Both the position numbers and the translations under genes were made by a program. The notes beneath the pieces were generated by a model. The model made no database searches. It was given only the letters and a program-made list of their open reading frames with translations, and was not told the origin of the DNA. Shown piece after piece: positions 16,957 through 25,250 of a stretch of DNA of 48,857 nucleotides (the stretch's first letter is position 1; each line of letters opens with the position of its first letter). Source of the stretch: Candidatus Thorarchaeota archaeon (GTDB taxonomy: Archaea > Asgardarchaeota > Thorarchaeia > Thorarchaeales > Thorarchaeaceae); NCBI GenBank assembly GCA_011364985.1, contig RDOC01000001.1, forward strand, positions 422,630 through 471,486, in the 5' to 3' direction.

Positions 16957-17986
16957 ATTTGGTGTCTCCGAACATTCTTCCGGCGGAATGAGCGACCATA
17001 TTGGTGATGTGCAATCCTTGCTCTAGCTTCGGATCTCCGTATAGAACCGAATTGTCTATGCTACAATGGGATGGTACATAGGTTCCTTTGCCGATACTGA
17101 CATTGGGTCCAATCCTTGACCCAGAACCGATTCTTGACTCTTCAATGCATACTGGTCCTATCAATTGTACGTTGCTTTCAATAGTAATTCCAGATGGAAG
17201 AGTCAGAGTATCACCAAACTCAATACCATCACCACTCTTGACCAATAATGTATCATGTCTTGGACTAGCCTCGTCAATGAGTTTGGGCAGCACGGAGAGG
17301 ACATCACTAATTGTATCAAAGTCATGCCAGAATCCACTAACCGGAACAGGATACACTCTAATTGAGGAAGATGCAATTTCGTTCAAAACACTTCTGACGG
17401 ATGTCTCTCCTGCCTCGAGCAAACGCCTGAACTCATTCTTTACTTCAGTTCCGCCTGCTAATAACATGGTGCTAACGCCTACTGCGCATAGTCCTTTGAC
17501 TTCCGACCTGTTTTGACCGCCTATTTGGGCTATAGATCCGTCTTCACGAACATAGACTCTTGAACCAACACTTCTCTCTGCATCGACTGCAAGACAAAGT
17601 GTATGGCTATTCCTCTCTGAAGACCTGGATAGAAAAGAGAAAACCAGGCTAGGGTCAACCAAATAGTCAGCGGGACATGCCAAGAAGGATCTCTCGTCGA
17701 CAGTGTCCAACAAGGTAACAAGAGTCTGTAAGGGACCAATTTCGTAATTCGTAATTCTTCTGGCAAAGAGAGACTCTCCAAACCCCAAACCAGAAATCAT
17801 GTCTATTATCTCATTGCCTTGCCAGCCACAACCGACAGTGATTTTTCCTAACCCAGCCGCTCTGAGCGACAGAATAAGACGTTCAAGAATTGTCATTCCA
17901 GCTAAACGTATCATCGTCTTCGGACTCGCCCTTGTTATTCCCGACATTCGAGAGCCCTGTCCTGCAGCTAGGATTACCGCATGCAT
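16940..17986 (-). CDS. Sugar/alcohol-phosphate nucleotidyltransferase with C-terminal left-handed beta-helix
   Basis: AVILAAGQGSRM...PK; WHDFDT; hexapeptide repeats IGSGSRIGPNVSIG. Confidence 0.88.
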   Translation of the reverse strand: MHAVILAAGQGSRMSGITRASPKTMIRLAGMTILERLILSLRAAGLGKITVGCGWQGNEIIDMISGLGFGESLFARRITNYEIGPLQTLVTLLDTVDERSFLACPADYLVDPSLVFSFLSRSSERNSHTLCLAVDAERSVGSRVYVREDGSIAQIGGQNRSEVKGLCAVGVSTMLLAGGTEVKNEFRRLLEAGETSVRSVLNEIASSSIRVYPVPVSGFWHDFDTISDVLSVLPKLIDEASPRHDTLLVKSGDGIEFGDTLTLPSGITIESNVQLIGPVCIEESRIGSGSRIGPNVSIGKGTYVPSHCSIDNSVLYGDPKLEQGLHITNMVAHSAGRMFGDTKYAKQI

Positions 17987-18061
17987 TTCAAATCCTTCCG
18001 TTGATGCTAATTCTTTTCTTTGTAAGGTTCATATGTATGTTTGTAAGAATAGCTAGCTTGG

Positions 18062-18778
18062 GTGTATTCATTGACGCCAAGAGTTCTGAAAGTGCAGGAT
18101 TCAAACAACTGCGAGGACATAATCAAGGAGGCAGCTTCCATTGTCCTAGAGGGAGGGCTCGTTGTCTATCCAACTGATACCAGCTATGGTTTGGCATGCG
18201 ATCCTAGGCAAGAGGATGCAATGGAGAGGCTTGTTAATGCAAAACGGAGAGAGAGACATCTCGGAATTCCCCTGCTATTCTCAGACCTAACTCAATGTGA
18301 AGTGTATCATGAGTTTGCAAATCTGGAGAAGATTCTTGCCAAGATGTTTTGGCCGGGGGCTTTGACGCTGGTTGTAATAGCAAGCAGTACCGTACCGAAA
18401 CATGTGGCATCTGGCAGGAACTCCATTGCAGTCCGTGTTCCCGACCATGCCATTCCTCGTGGAATGGCGAACGAGATTGGAGCGCCAATATCAGGAACGA
18501 GCGCGAATATTAGCGGAGAGGAATCGCCTTTTGATATAGATACGGCACTGAAACAGCTTGGTGACATTGTGGACCTTTACATTGATGACGGACCTTCTAA
18601 GTCGAGATTGAATTCGACAATTGTAGGTGTTGAGGAAGCAGGAATGGGCGAAGAACCACTGAATATCAAGGTCTATCGAGAGGGAGAGATCACTATCAAT
18701 GAGCTGACCGACAGACTGAAGGTAGATTCTGACGCCCTGAAATCTTGGACAATGCGTATTGTGTACGCGGACAAGTGA
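18062..18778 (+). CDS. sua5: L-threonylcarbamoyladenylate synthase (YrdC/TsaC/Sua5)
   Basis: VVYPTDTSYGL, KRR, FWPGALT, AVRVP, TSANISG, STIV. Confidence 0.95.
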   Translation: MYSLTPRVLKVQDSNNCEDIIKEAASIVLEGGLVVYPTDTSYGLACDPRQEDAMERLVNAKRRERHLGIPLLFSDLTQCEVYHEFANLEKILAKMFWPGALTLVVIASSTVPKHVASGRNSIAVRVPDHAIPRGMANEIGAPISGTSANISGEESPFDIDTALKQLGDIVDLYIDDGPSKSRLNSTIVGVEEAGMGEEPLNIKVYREGEITINELTDRLKVDSDALKSWTMRIVYADK

Positions 18779-19322
18779 GGCGGCCAGTCTGCACAAGTAT
18801 AATCTTTTGGTTGGATGCCCCAGAAATAGAGAGCGAGCAGCAACATCAGAAGTCAATTACTTCATTGGCGATCTCTTTGGAGACTCGAATCTGAGTGTGT
18901 CTATTACTCATGTACCAGGTCTACTTGCCTGTTGGACAGGGCTCAATCCATTCGAGGCAATAAAGCAGCTGACCGACCTAGCCAATGAGAATCCGTACCA
19001 GTTCAGATATGCAATTAAGTTCACACCCATTGAACGATGTGTAGAATCAGAAATACCAAGAATTGTTGCCGCAGTAGAAGAACTCTCATACAAGATAAGA
19101 GAAAATGATTCCTTCAGAGTGACAGTGAGAAGAAGACATACCGAGCTGGAAAATATAGAGATTGTTAAGGCTGCTGCTTCGGTCATTCAAAGAACCGTGA
19201 ATTTGGACCAGCCAGATAGAACAGTCTGGATTGAGGTCGTAGGAGAATGGACTGGCGTATCCATATTGAATCAGGACATAGATATTCTCTCAATCATGAC
19301 CATGCGTGATGATCAGTACTAA
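18759..19322 (+). CDS. Stand-alone THUMP-domain RNA-binding protein (true start possibly CTG at 18789)
   Basis: SFRVTVRRRH...VNLDQPDRTVWIEV. Confidence 0.88.
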   Translation: MCTRTSEAASLHKYNLLVGCPRNRERAATSEVNYFIGDLFGDSNLSVSITHVPGLLACWTGLNPFEAIKQLTDLANENPYQFRYAIKFTPIERCVESEIPRIVAAVEELSYKIRENDSFRVTVRRRHTELENIEIVKAAASVIQRTVNLDQPDRTVWIEVVGEWTGVSILNQDIDILSIMTMRDDQY

Positions 19323-19340
19323 GACGATAAGACTGAGGGA

Positions 19341-19931
19341 TTATGACTCAAAGGCGACCATAGACACCCTGCTTGAAATGCATCGCTTCAAAGCTTCATA
19401 CCGTGCGTCAAGTGTTTCCGACTCTGAAACTGTCTGAATCTCAGTGGATTCTATCCCAAAATGCGTAGCAATTCTACTGATTCGTTCTTCGGTTACTTGG
19501 AACGGATTTGGGGCTTCAATCCCAATGAGAGAGATGATTTCAGCCACTGTTCTGCAAACCACTTCCGAATCCTCTGCAATTGCAACAAGCGCGACTGAAG
19601 CAGGTTTGTCCCTTATTCCCAGAGTATTTAGTGCAACGCCAATTTGACGTTGACAAGACGCATACAGTATTATCTCCACATCCAGAGATCTTGCCTTGTA
19701 GTATTGGCCAGTTAGAGCATTGAGAGCGTTCTGCGACGCAGAAAGAAGGTGTTCGACACCTGCAATCAAGTCGGGATTAAAGAATTGGAGCGCTAGCAAG
19801 TTCTTCGAGTATTTCTCTGCAATCTCAAGCAGCTCATTCTGGCTTTTCTGCTTAGTGTTGTAAATCTCATGGAAAATTGCCTTGACTTTTCGTGAGCCTT
19901 TCCATAAATCCACAGTGTGCAGTCTAATCAC
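19341..19931 (-). CDS. cgi121: KEOPS subunit Cgi121
   Basis: QFFNPDLIAGVEHL, ARSLDVEIILYASCQRQIGVAL. Confidence 0.9.
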   Translation of the reverse strand: MIRLHTVDLWKGSRKVKAIFHEIYNTKQKSQNELLEIAEKYSKNLLALQFFNPDLIAGVEHLLSASQNALNALTGQYYKARSLDVEIILYASCQRQIGVALNTLGIRDKPASVALVAIAEDSEVVCRTVAEIISLIGIEAPNPFQVTEERISRIATHFGIESTEIQTVSESETLDARYEALKRCISSRVSMVAFES

Positions 19932-19947
19932 CTACAAACACGCTGAA

Positions 19948-20529
19948 TCATAGACGCTTGAGAAAATAATCCGCCACCGTTGGTTCGAACCCTACTTCAA
20001 ATACAAGTTTGTTGCGAATATCCTTCATATTCAAAGTGGGGTCTTCCTCTTTGAACATCTTCACAAGAGATATTATTGATTCACGATGTTCCCAGGGGTA
20101 TACGGTCCAGCATGTCGTCTTGACCATATAGTAGTCAGGAACAATGCATGAAGTTGGTTTCAGATGAAGAACAGCAGATTTGGTATTCTTGGCACCCAAG
20201 GTCTTCGCATGTTCGATTGCATGAAGAAGGCTGTCACCTGTGTCTGCGATCTCATCTATAATGAGGAGATTCTTGTTTTTCATTGACCCAGATATTGGCT
20301 GGGTGATGTTCGGTTTCTTGCCTCTTACAGCGACATCGGTATAGTACTCAATACGGATATTCTGCAGACTTCGTGCATAGAGAACATCAGAAAGTATCCT
20401 TGCAGGAATCCAGCCGCCTCTTGCAATTCCAACTAGGATGTCAGGTTCAAAGCCGCTTTCAACAATTCTCTCTGAAAGCTGAAGTGTAAGGTTGTATATA
20501 TCTTGCCACGACAGAACTAGATACTCCAT
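19948..20529 (-). CDS. Type I (purine-like) phosphoribosyltransferase
   Basis: GIARGGWIP, LIIDEIADTGDSL PRPP loop, YPWE; start reassigned to MEYLVLSW. Confidence 0.9.
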   Translation of the reverse strand: MEYLVLSWQDIYNLTLQLSERIVESGFEPDILVGIARGGWIPARILSDVLYARSLQNIRIEYYTDVAVRGKKPNITQPISGSMKNKNLLIIDEIADTGDSLLHAIEHAKTLGAKNTKSAVLHLKPTSCIVPDYYMVKTTCWTVYPWEHRESIISLVKMFKEEDPTLNMKDIRNKLVFEVGFEPTVADYFLKRL

Positions 20530-20654
20530 TCTTCTCCTGTACCCCTTCAGGGCTTTGACTCTCTTCAAAGTTGCCGCCATATTAACGCTGTGGCGGCGGA
20601 AACAGAAGCGTAACCTAAATGTGCTAGCAGGTAGCAAGAGTCAAGGGGTCAAAA

Positions 20655-21920
20655 ATGAAACCAGATCTTGTGCTCACAAATATTGGGCAATTAGCAACCA
20701 TTGGAGGCAGCAGCCAAGAACCGAGAACCGGCGATAGGATGAAAGATCTCGCAATTATAGAAAATGGTGCAGTAGCCATAAGAAATGGGATAATCATCGC
20801 AGTAGGAACAAGTGAAGAGATTGATTCGCAAATCACGGAAGAGCCGTTCTTTCCTCCGGTGGAATTCCCAGATATGCTTGCAATTCCCGGTTTTGTCGAT
20901 AGTCACACGCATCTGGCCTTCGGTGGGTCTAGAGAACATGATTTTGCAATGAAGCTTGAAGGCAAAACGTACCTTCAGATACTAGAGGCAGGAGGTGGCA
21001 TTCTTAATACACTGAAGGCAACACGACAGGCTTCACAAGAGGAGCTTACAGCGAACGCATTCTCTTATGCATCAAGTATGCTTTCCTCTGGAACAACAAC
21101 AATTGAAGCAAAGAGTGGCTATGGGCTGGATATTGAGAATGAACTGAAGATGTTGCGTGCCACAAATGCACTTAATACGATGCTGTCAACGGAGATTGTT
21201 TCAACCTTTTTGGGGGCTCATGCCATTCCTCCGGAGTTTGAGGGGAAGACCGATGACTATGTAGATCTTGTTGTCAATGAAATGATCCCTAGAGTATCAG
21301 AGCAGGGCTTAGCCGAGTTCTGCGATGTTTTTTGTGAGAAGGGAGTATTTGATGTTGAACAGTCCAGACGGATTCTACTGGCAGCAAAGAAAAAGGGAAT
21401 GAAAATCAAGATTCATGCTGATGAGATTGTTCAGTTGGGAGGCGCCGGGCTAGCTGCTGAAGTTGGTGCAATCTCAGCGGATCACCTCCTCATGGCCTCT
21501 GACAATGATTTGGAAGCAATGAGAAAAACCGGAACCATAGCAACACTGCTGCCATCTACGGCTTTTAGTCTAAATGCCGACTATGCCAACGCCAGAAAGA
21601 TGATAGGGATGGGACTTCCAGTGGCACTTGCAACGGACTTCAATCCAAACTGTGCCAATGAGTCCATGTTCTTCACAATTGCCTTGGCATGCTACAAAAT
21701 GAAGATACAGCCAAGAGAGGCCATTACCGCGGCAACGATAAACGCGGCCCATGCCTTGGGTCGAGGCGAGTCAGTAGGGAGCATTGAGCTAGGAAAGAAG
21801 GCTGACTTGCTGATTTTAGATTGCCCCAATCCAGAATATCTCACTTGGAGATTTGGTGTGAATCTAGTACATACCGTTATCTCAAATGGGGAGGTAGTTC
21901 ATACAAAGCTGGGTCCTTGA
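20655..21920 (+). CDS. hutI: Imidazolonepropionase
   Basis: PGFVDSHTH, EAKSGYGL, GAHAIP, CDVFCEKG, HADE, ATDFNP. Confidence 0.97.
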   Translation: MKPDLVLTNIGQLATIGGSSQEPRTGDRMKDLAIIENGAVAIRNGIIIAVGTSEEIDSQITEEPFFPPVEFPDMLAIPGFVDSHTHLAFGGSREHDFAMKLEGKTYLQILEAGGGILNTLKATRQASQEELTANAFSYASSMLSSGTTTIEAKSGYGLDIENELKMLRATNALNTMLSTEIVSTFLGAHAIPPEFEGKTDDYVDLVVNEMIPRVSEQGLAEFCDVFCEKGVFDVEQSRRILLAAKKKGMKIKIHADEIVQLGGAGLAAEVGAISADHLLMASDNDLEAMRKTGTIATLLPSTAFSLNADYANARKMIGMGLPVALATDFNPNCANESMFFTIALACYKMKIQPREAITAATINAAHALGRGESVGSIELGKKADLLILDCPNPEYLTWRFGVNLVHTVISNGEVVHTKLGP

Positions 21921-21937
21921 AATAATCCGGACGAAGA

Positions 21938-22387
21938 CTACTGACATTCACCAGGGTAAGAGCCGTTCTCTTGATAGCGCCTGAAGTGTTCTAGCCATTT
22001 CGGGTCTTTCGGTGCCGCCTTGACCCAATCAACGAACTCGGTTAGTTTCTCGATAGTTTCAGGATGCGCCGTGTGTTCAAACTCGCATGCATCTGCCTCT
22101 GCGATCTCTTCATCAATTCCGATCAGACTGAAGAACCATTTCAATGTCTGATGGGTTCTTTCAAGGCGGTCTGCAATCACCATTCCCTCTGGCGTAAGGC
22201 TCACACTACGGTATTTTTTGTAATTCACTAGACCCAGTTTCTTCAGTTTTTGAAGAACATACGTCACACTTGGTGCTTTGACGCCGCGGACTTCGGCGAT
22301 TTCAGTAACACTAGCCGAACCATGCTTCTCTTGGAGTTCATATATGGTTTCCAAGTACTGTTCCATTGCCTTAGTTATTTCAGTCAT
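21938..22387 (-). CDS. DtxR/MntR-family metal-dependent regulator
   Basis: MEQYLETIY, VKAPSVT, ADACEFEH. Confidence 0.93.
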   Translation of the reverse strand: MTEITKAMEQYLETIYELQEKHGSASVTEIAEVRGVKAPSVTYVLQKLKKLGLVNYKKYRSVSLTPEGMVIADRLERTHQTLKWFFSLIGIDEEIAEADACEFEHTAHPETIEKLTEFVDWVKAAPKDPKWLEHFRRYQENGSYPGECQ

Positions 22388-22588
22388 GACTGGTAATAAG
22401 GTTAGAGGACTTGCTGATTAATACTTCTGTATTCACATCATCAGACGGGTAGTATGGCTACTGCTTAGATAGACACATTTTCATTCGGACTCATTAACAA
22501 GCTTGCGAGATCTTGTTCAAATCATGGTTATCAGCCAATAGAGATCCAATTCTGATAGATAAGGGCTCAATTCCGGTGATGGCATGAT

Positions 22589-24121
22589 CTATTCTTCAAG
22601 AATAGAGCCTGTCACAGCTTCCACACATTTGATGATATGCCCAGTTCGAATCATGCTTTGAATGGAAGAGATATCATCATGAAGCGGTCGGTCATTCTGT
22701 ATCATCGGAACGACTTCTCGAATGCTGCTCATGGCGGCTGTGATTGGCTGAGAGGGGGCCAGGGGTGAAAGAAGGTCAATACCTTGTGATGCACATAGGT
22801 ATTCAATGGCAATAACATTCTCTGCATTTTGAAGAATTTGCATGGCCTTTCGAGCTGCAATAGTGCCCATACTGACGTGATCTTCCTGATCGGCACTTGT
22901 TGGAATGGAGTCGACACTTGCTGGATGAGCAAGTACCTTGTTTTCAGAAACTAGGGATGCTGCAGTATACTGAGCAATCATCAAACCGGACTCAAGCCCG
23001 CCTTCAGTTGTCAGGAAAGGAGGAAGACCACTCAGGTGAGCATTGACAAGTCGGTTAATTCTGCGCTCCGATATGTTCGCAATCTCGGAGATGACTATTC
23101 CCAAGAGGTCCATAGCAATCGCTATTGGCTGACCGTGAAAGTTGCCACCTGAGAGGATCTCCTTTTCATCGGCAAAGACCAGTGGATTGTCAGTTGCGGA
23201 GTTAATCTCGATTTCAAGGACAAATCTAGCATAGCGTATGGAGTCAAGTGAAGCGCCGAGAACTTGAGGAATACAGCGGAGAGAATAGGCGTCCTGCACT
23301 TTCCCACAGTTCTCATGAGACTTGTTAATCTCACTGTCGCGCAGGATGTCCAGCATTGTTCTAGCAATGTCAAGTTGGCCCTCATGCCGGCGGGTCATGT
23401 GAATCCTCTCATCAAATGCAGTTCTGGTTCCTCTCAAGGCTTCCAAGCTCATAGCTGAGGCAACAATTGCGTTCCGTACAAGTGTTAAGGCATCATGAAC
23501 AACAAGACAACCAACAGAACTCATAGGTTGAGTCCCGTTAATCAAAGCCACCCCCTCCTTGGCTTCAAGACTGATAGGGGTGATTTGTGCACTCTGCATA
23601 GCTTCGGCGCCACTGTAAATGGTCCCTTTGTATGATGCCCGCCCTTCTCCAATTAGAACTAAAGCCATATGCGCAAGAGGAGCTAAATCTCCACTTGACC
23701 CAACAGAGCCTTGTTGTGGCACAATGGGAACAACATCCTTGTTGAGCATCTCGATTAGAGCTTCAATTACTTCTAGGCGTACTCCAGAATATCCCTTAGC
23801 CAATGCATTAGCTCTGAGTAGCATCATACCACGAACAACTTCTTCACTGAAGGGCGGACCAACTCCTGCACTATGACTTCTTATCAGATTTACCTGCAGT
23901 CGGGCCAAATCATTTGGGCTGATTGATACGTTGGACAGGTCTCCAAAGCCAGTGTTCACTCCATAGACAATCTTACCTTCAGCTAATGTAGACTCAACCA
24001 CATCTCGACTGGCAAGGATTCCATCCAAGGCGGCCTCCGCGAGTTCTACTGATTTCTTATGTCGCGAAACCTGCACTACTTCATCAATCGTAAGATGTTC
24101 GCCGTCGATAACAACTGTCAT
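22589..24121 (-). CDS. hutH: Histidine ammonia-lyase
   Basis: YGVNTGFG, SVGSSGDLAPL (MIO tripeptide SSG), VQDAYSLRC, GGNFHG, QEDHVSMG. Confidence 0.97.
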   Translation of the reverse strand: MTVVIDGEHLTIDEVVQVSRHKKSVELAEAALDGILASRDVVESTLAEGKIVYGVNTGFGDLSNVSISPNDLARLQVNLIRSHSAGVGPPFSEEVVRGMMLLRANALAKGYSGVRLEVIEALIEMLNKDVVPIVPQQGSVGSSGDLAPLAHMALVLIGEGRASYKGTIYSGAEAMQSAQITPISLEAKEGVALINGTQPMSSVGCLVVHDALTLVRNAIVASAMSLEALRGTRTAFDERIHMTRRHEGQLDIARTMLDILRDSEINKSHENCGKVQDAYSLRCIPQVLGASLDSIRYARFVLEIEINSATDNPLVFADEKEILSGGNFHGQPIAIAMDLLGIVISEIANISERRINRLVNAHLSGLPPFLTTEGGLESGLMIAQYTAASLVSENKVLAHPASVDSIPTSADQEDHVSMGTIAARKAMQILQNAENVIAIEYLCASQGIDLLSPLAPSQPITAAMSSIREVVPMIQNDRPLHDDISSIQSMIRTGHIIKCVEAVTGSILEE

Positions 24122-24218
24122 TATTGCCGCCCTCGAAGATTAGCGTCAGGTTTCTGTGAGCTGTCTATGCTTTAGCAGTTATGGTTCCAAAGAATTCGGC
24201 ATTTACAAGCTAGTGGCT

Positions 24219-25178
24219 TCATGATAGGTATTTGTGCATAAAGAAATCAGTGAATTCGTATCCGACTTTTCGAAGTGCTTGAATTAGCTCTTCTCGTTTT
24301 GCGTGAATGAAGATTGCCATTGTAGTCAAATACTGACTCTTAGCCCAAATTTCCATTTGGCGCAGAAGTGGAAGTGCACCTTGGTCCCAGTCGAAATCGG
24401 GATTGATTTCTAGGTCAAGAATCCAAGCAGCCCCGTCATACTCCTTTCCAAATACGAGCCCCAGTAGAGTTGTATCTTCATCGCCAATTACATAGGTTGC
24501 ATAGCTCGAATCCATGAGATCTGGTCGAGGGCTGAATTTTGGATAGAGCGACTGAATCTCGGATTGCTCCGAGTCATTGCTCACTCCCACAATGCTGGAG
24601 AAGCGCTGTGCTCTCCATTTGTAATACGAGCCCAATATCCTCTTTGATTGAGGCGGCATAGGAGTAAGATTCGTAGGGGGCTCTATGCCAGATTTTGAAA
24701 CAGGTTTTCGCAGAACATATGCAAAATCCTTGTAACCCAAGGACAGGTACAACTTCCGCGCCACGTCCAACAAGTAATCGGTATGGAGACCTATTCTGCC
24801 GAGACCTCTTGCGCGCGCCCAGTCTTCGACTCTGATCATGAGTCGCCGTCCGAGTCCGTACCCTCTGAATTCCTGCAGGACTTCCACATCATAGACCCAA
24901 GCCATTTCTTCATCTGCCTTGTCCCACGTGTCGTTTTCTTCACGAAGACCAACCCAAATTGCTCCACAGAACACATTCTCATAGTCTTGGGCGACAAAAA
25001 GCATAACATCGAAATCAAAGAAATCAACCTTGGAGAGATCCTCTCGGTGCTTCTCGAAGAGATCCTCATCGCTATCAGTGCTACCGACATAGAATTTCTC
25101 CTTGAATAGAGGGAAACATGCATGGTAGTAGTTCAGAAGATCTTCCTGAGACTCCGCTGGTCGAATGATGAACTCCAT
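24219..25178 (-). CDS. Tandem-domain GNAT acetyltransferase
   Basis: VEVLQEFRGYGLGRRLM, ARKLYLSLGY; second, degenerate GNAT domain. Confidence 0.85.
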   Translation of the reverse strand: MEFIIRPAESQEDLLNYYHACFPLFKEKFYVGSTDSDEDLFEKHREDLSKVDFFDFDVMLFVAQDYENVFCGAIWVGLREENDTWDKADEEMAWVYDVEVLQEFRGYGLGRRLMIRVEDWARARGLGRIGLHTDYLLDVARKLYLSLGYKDFAYVLRKPVSKSGIEPPTNLTPMPPQSKRILGSYYKWRAQRFSSIVGVSNDSEQSEIQSLYPKFSPRPDLMDSSYATYVIGDEDTTLLGLVFGKEYDGAAWILDLEINPDFDWDQGALPLLRQMEIWAKSQYLTTMAIFIHAKREELIQALRKVGYEFTDFFMHKYLS

Positions 25179-25250
25179 GGTGGGATTGCACTCCTGCGAT
25201 AGCAGAGGAACGTGTAATGATAAGCCTCTGCTTTGCAGCAGAAGCAGTCT

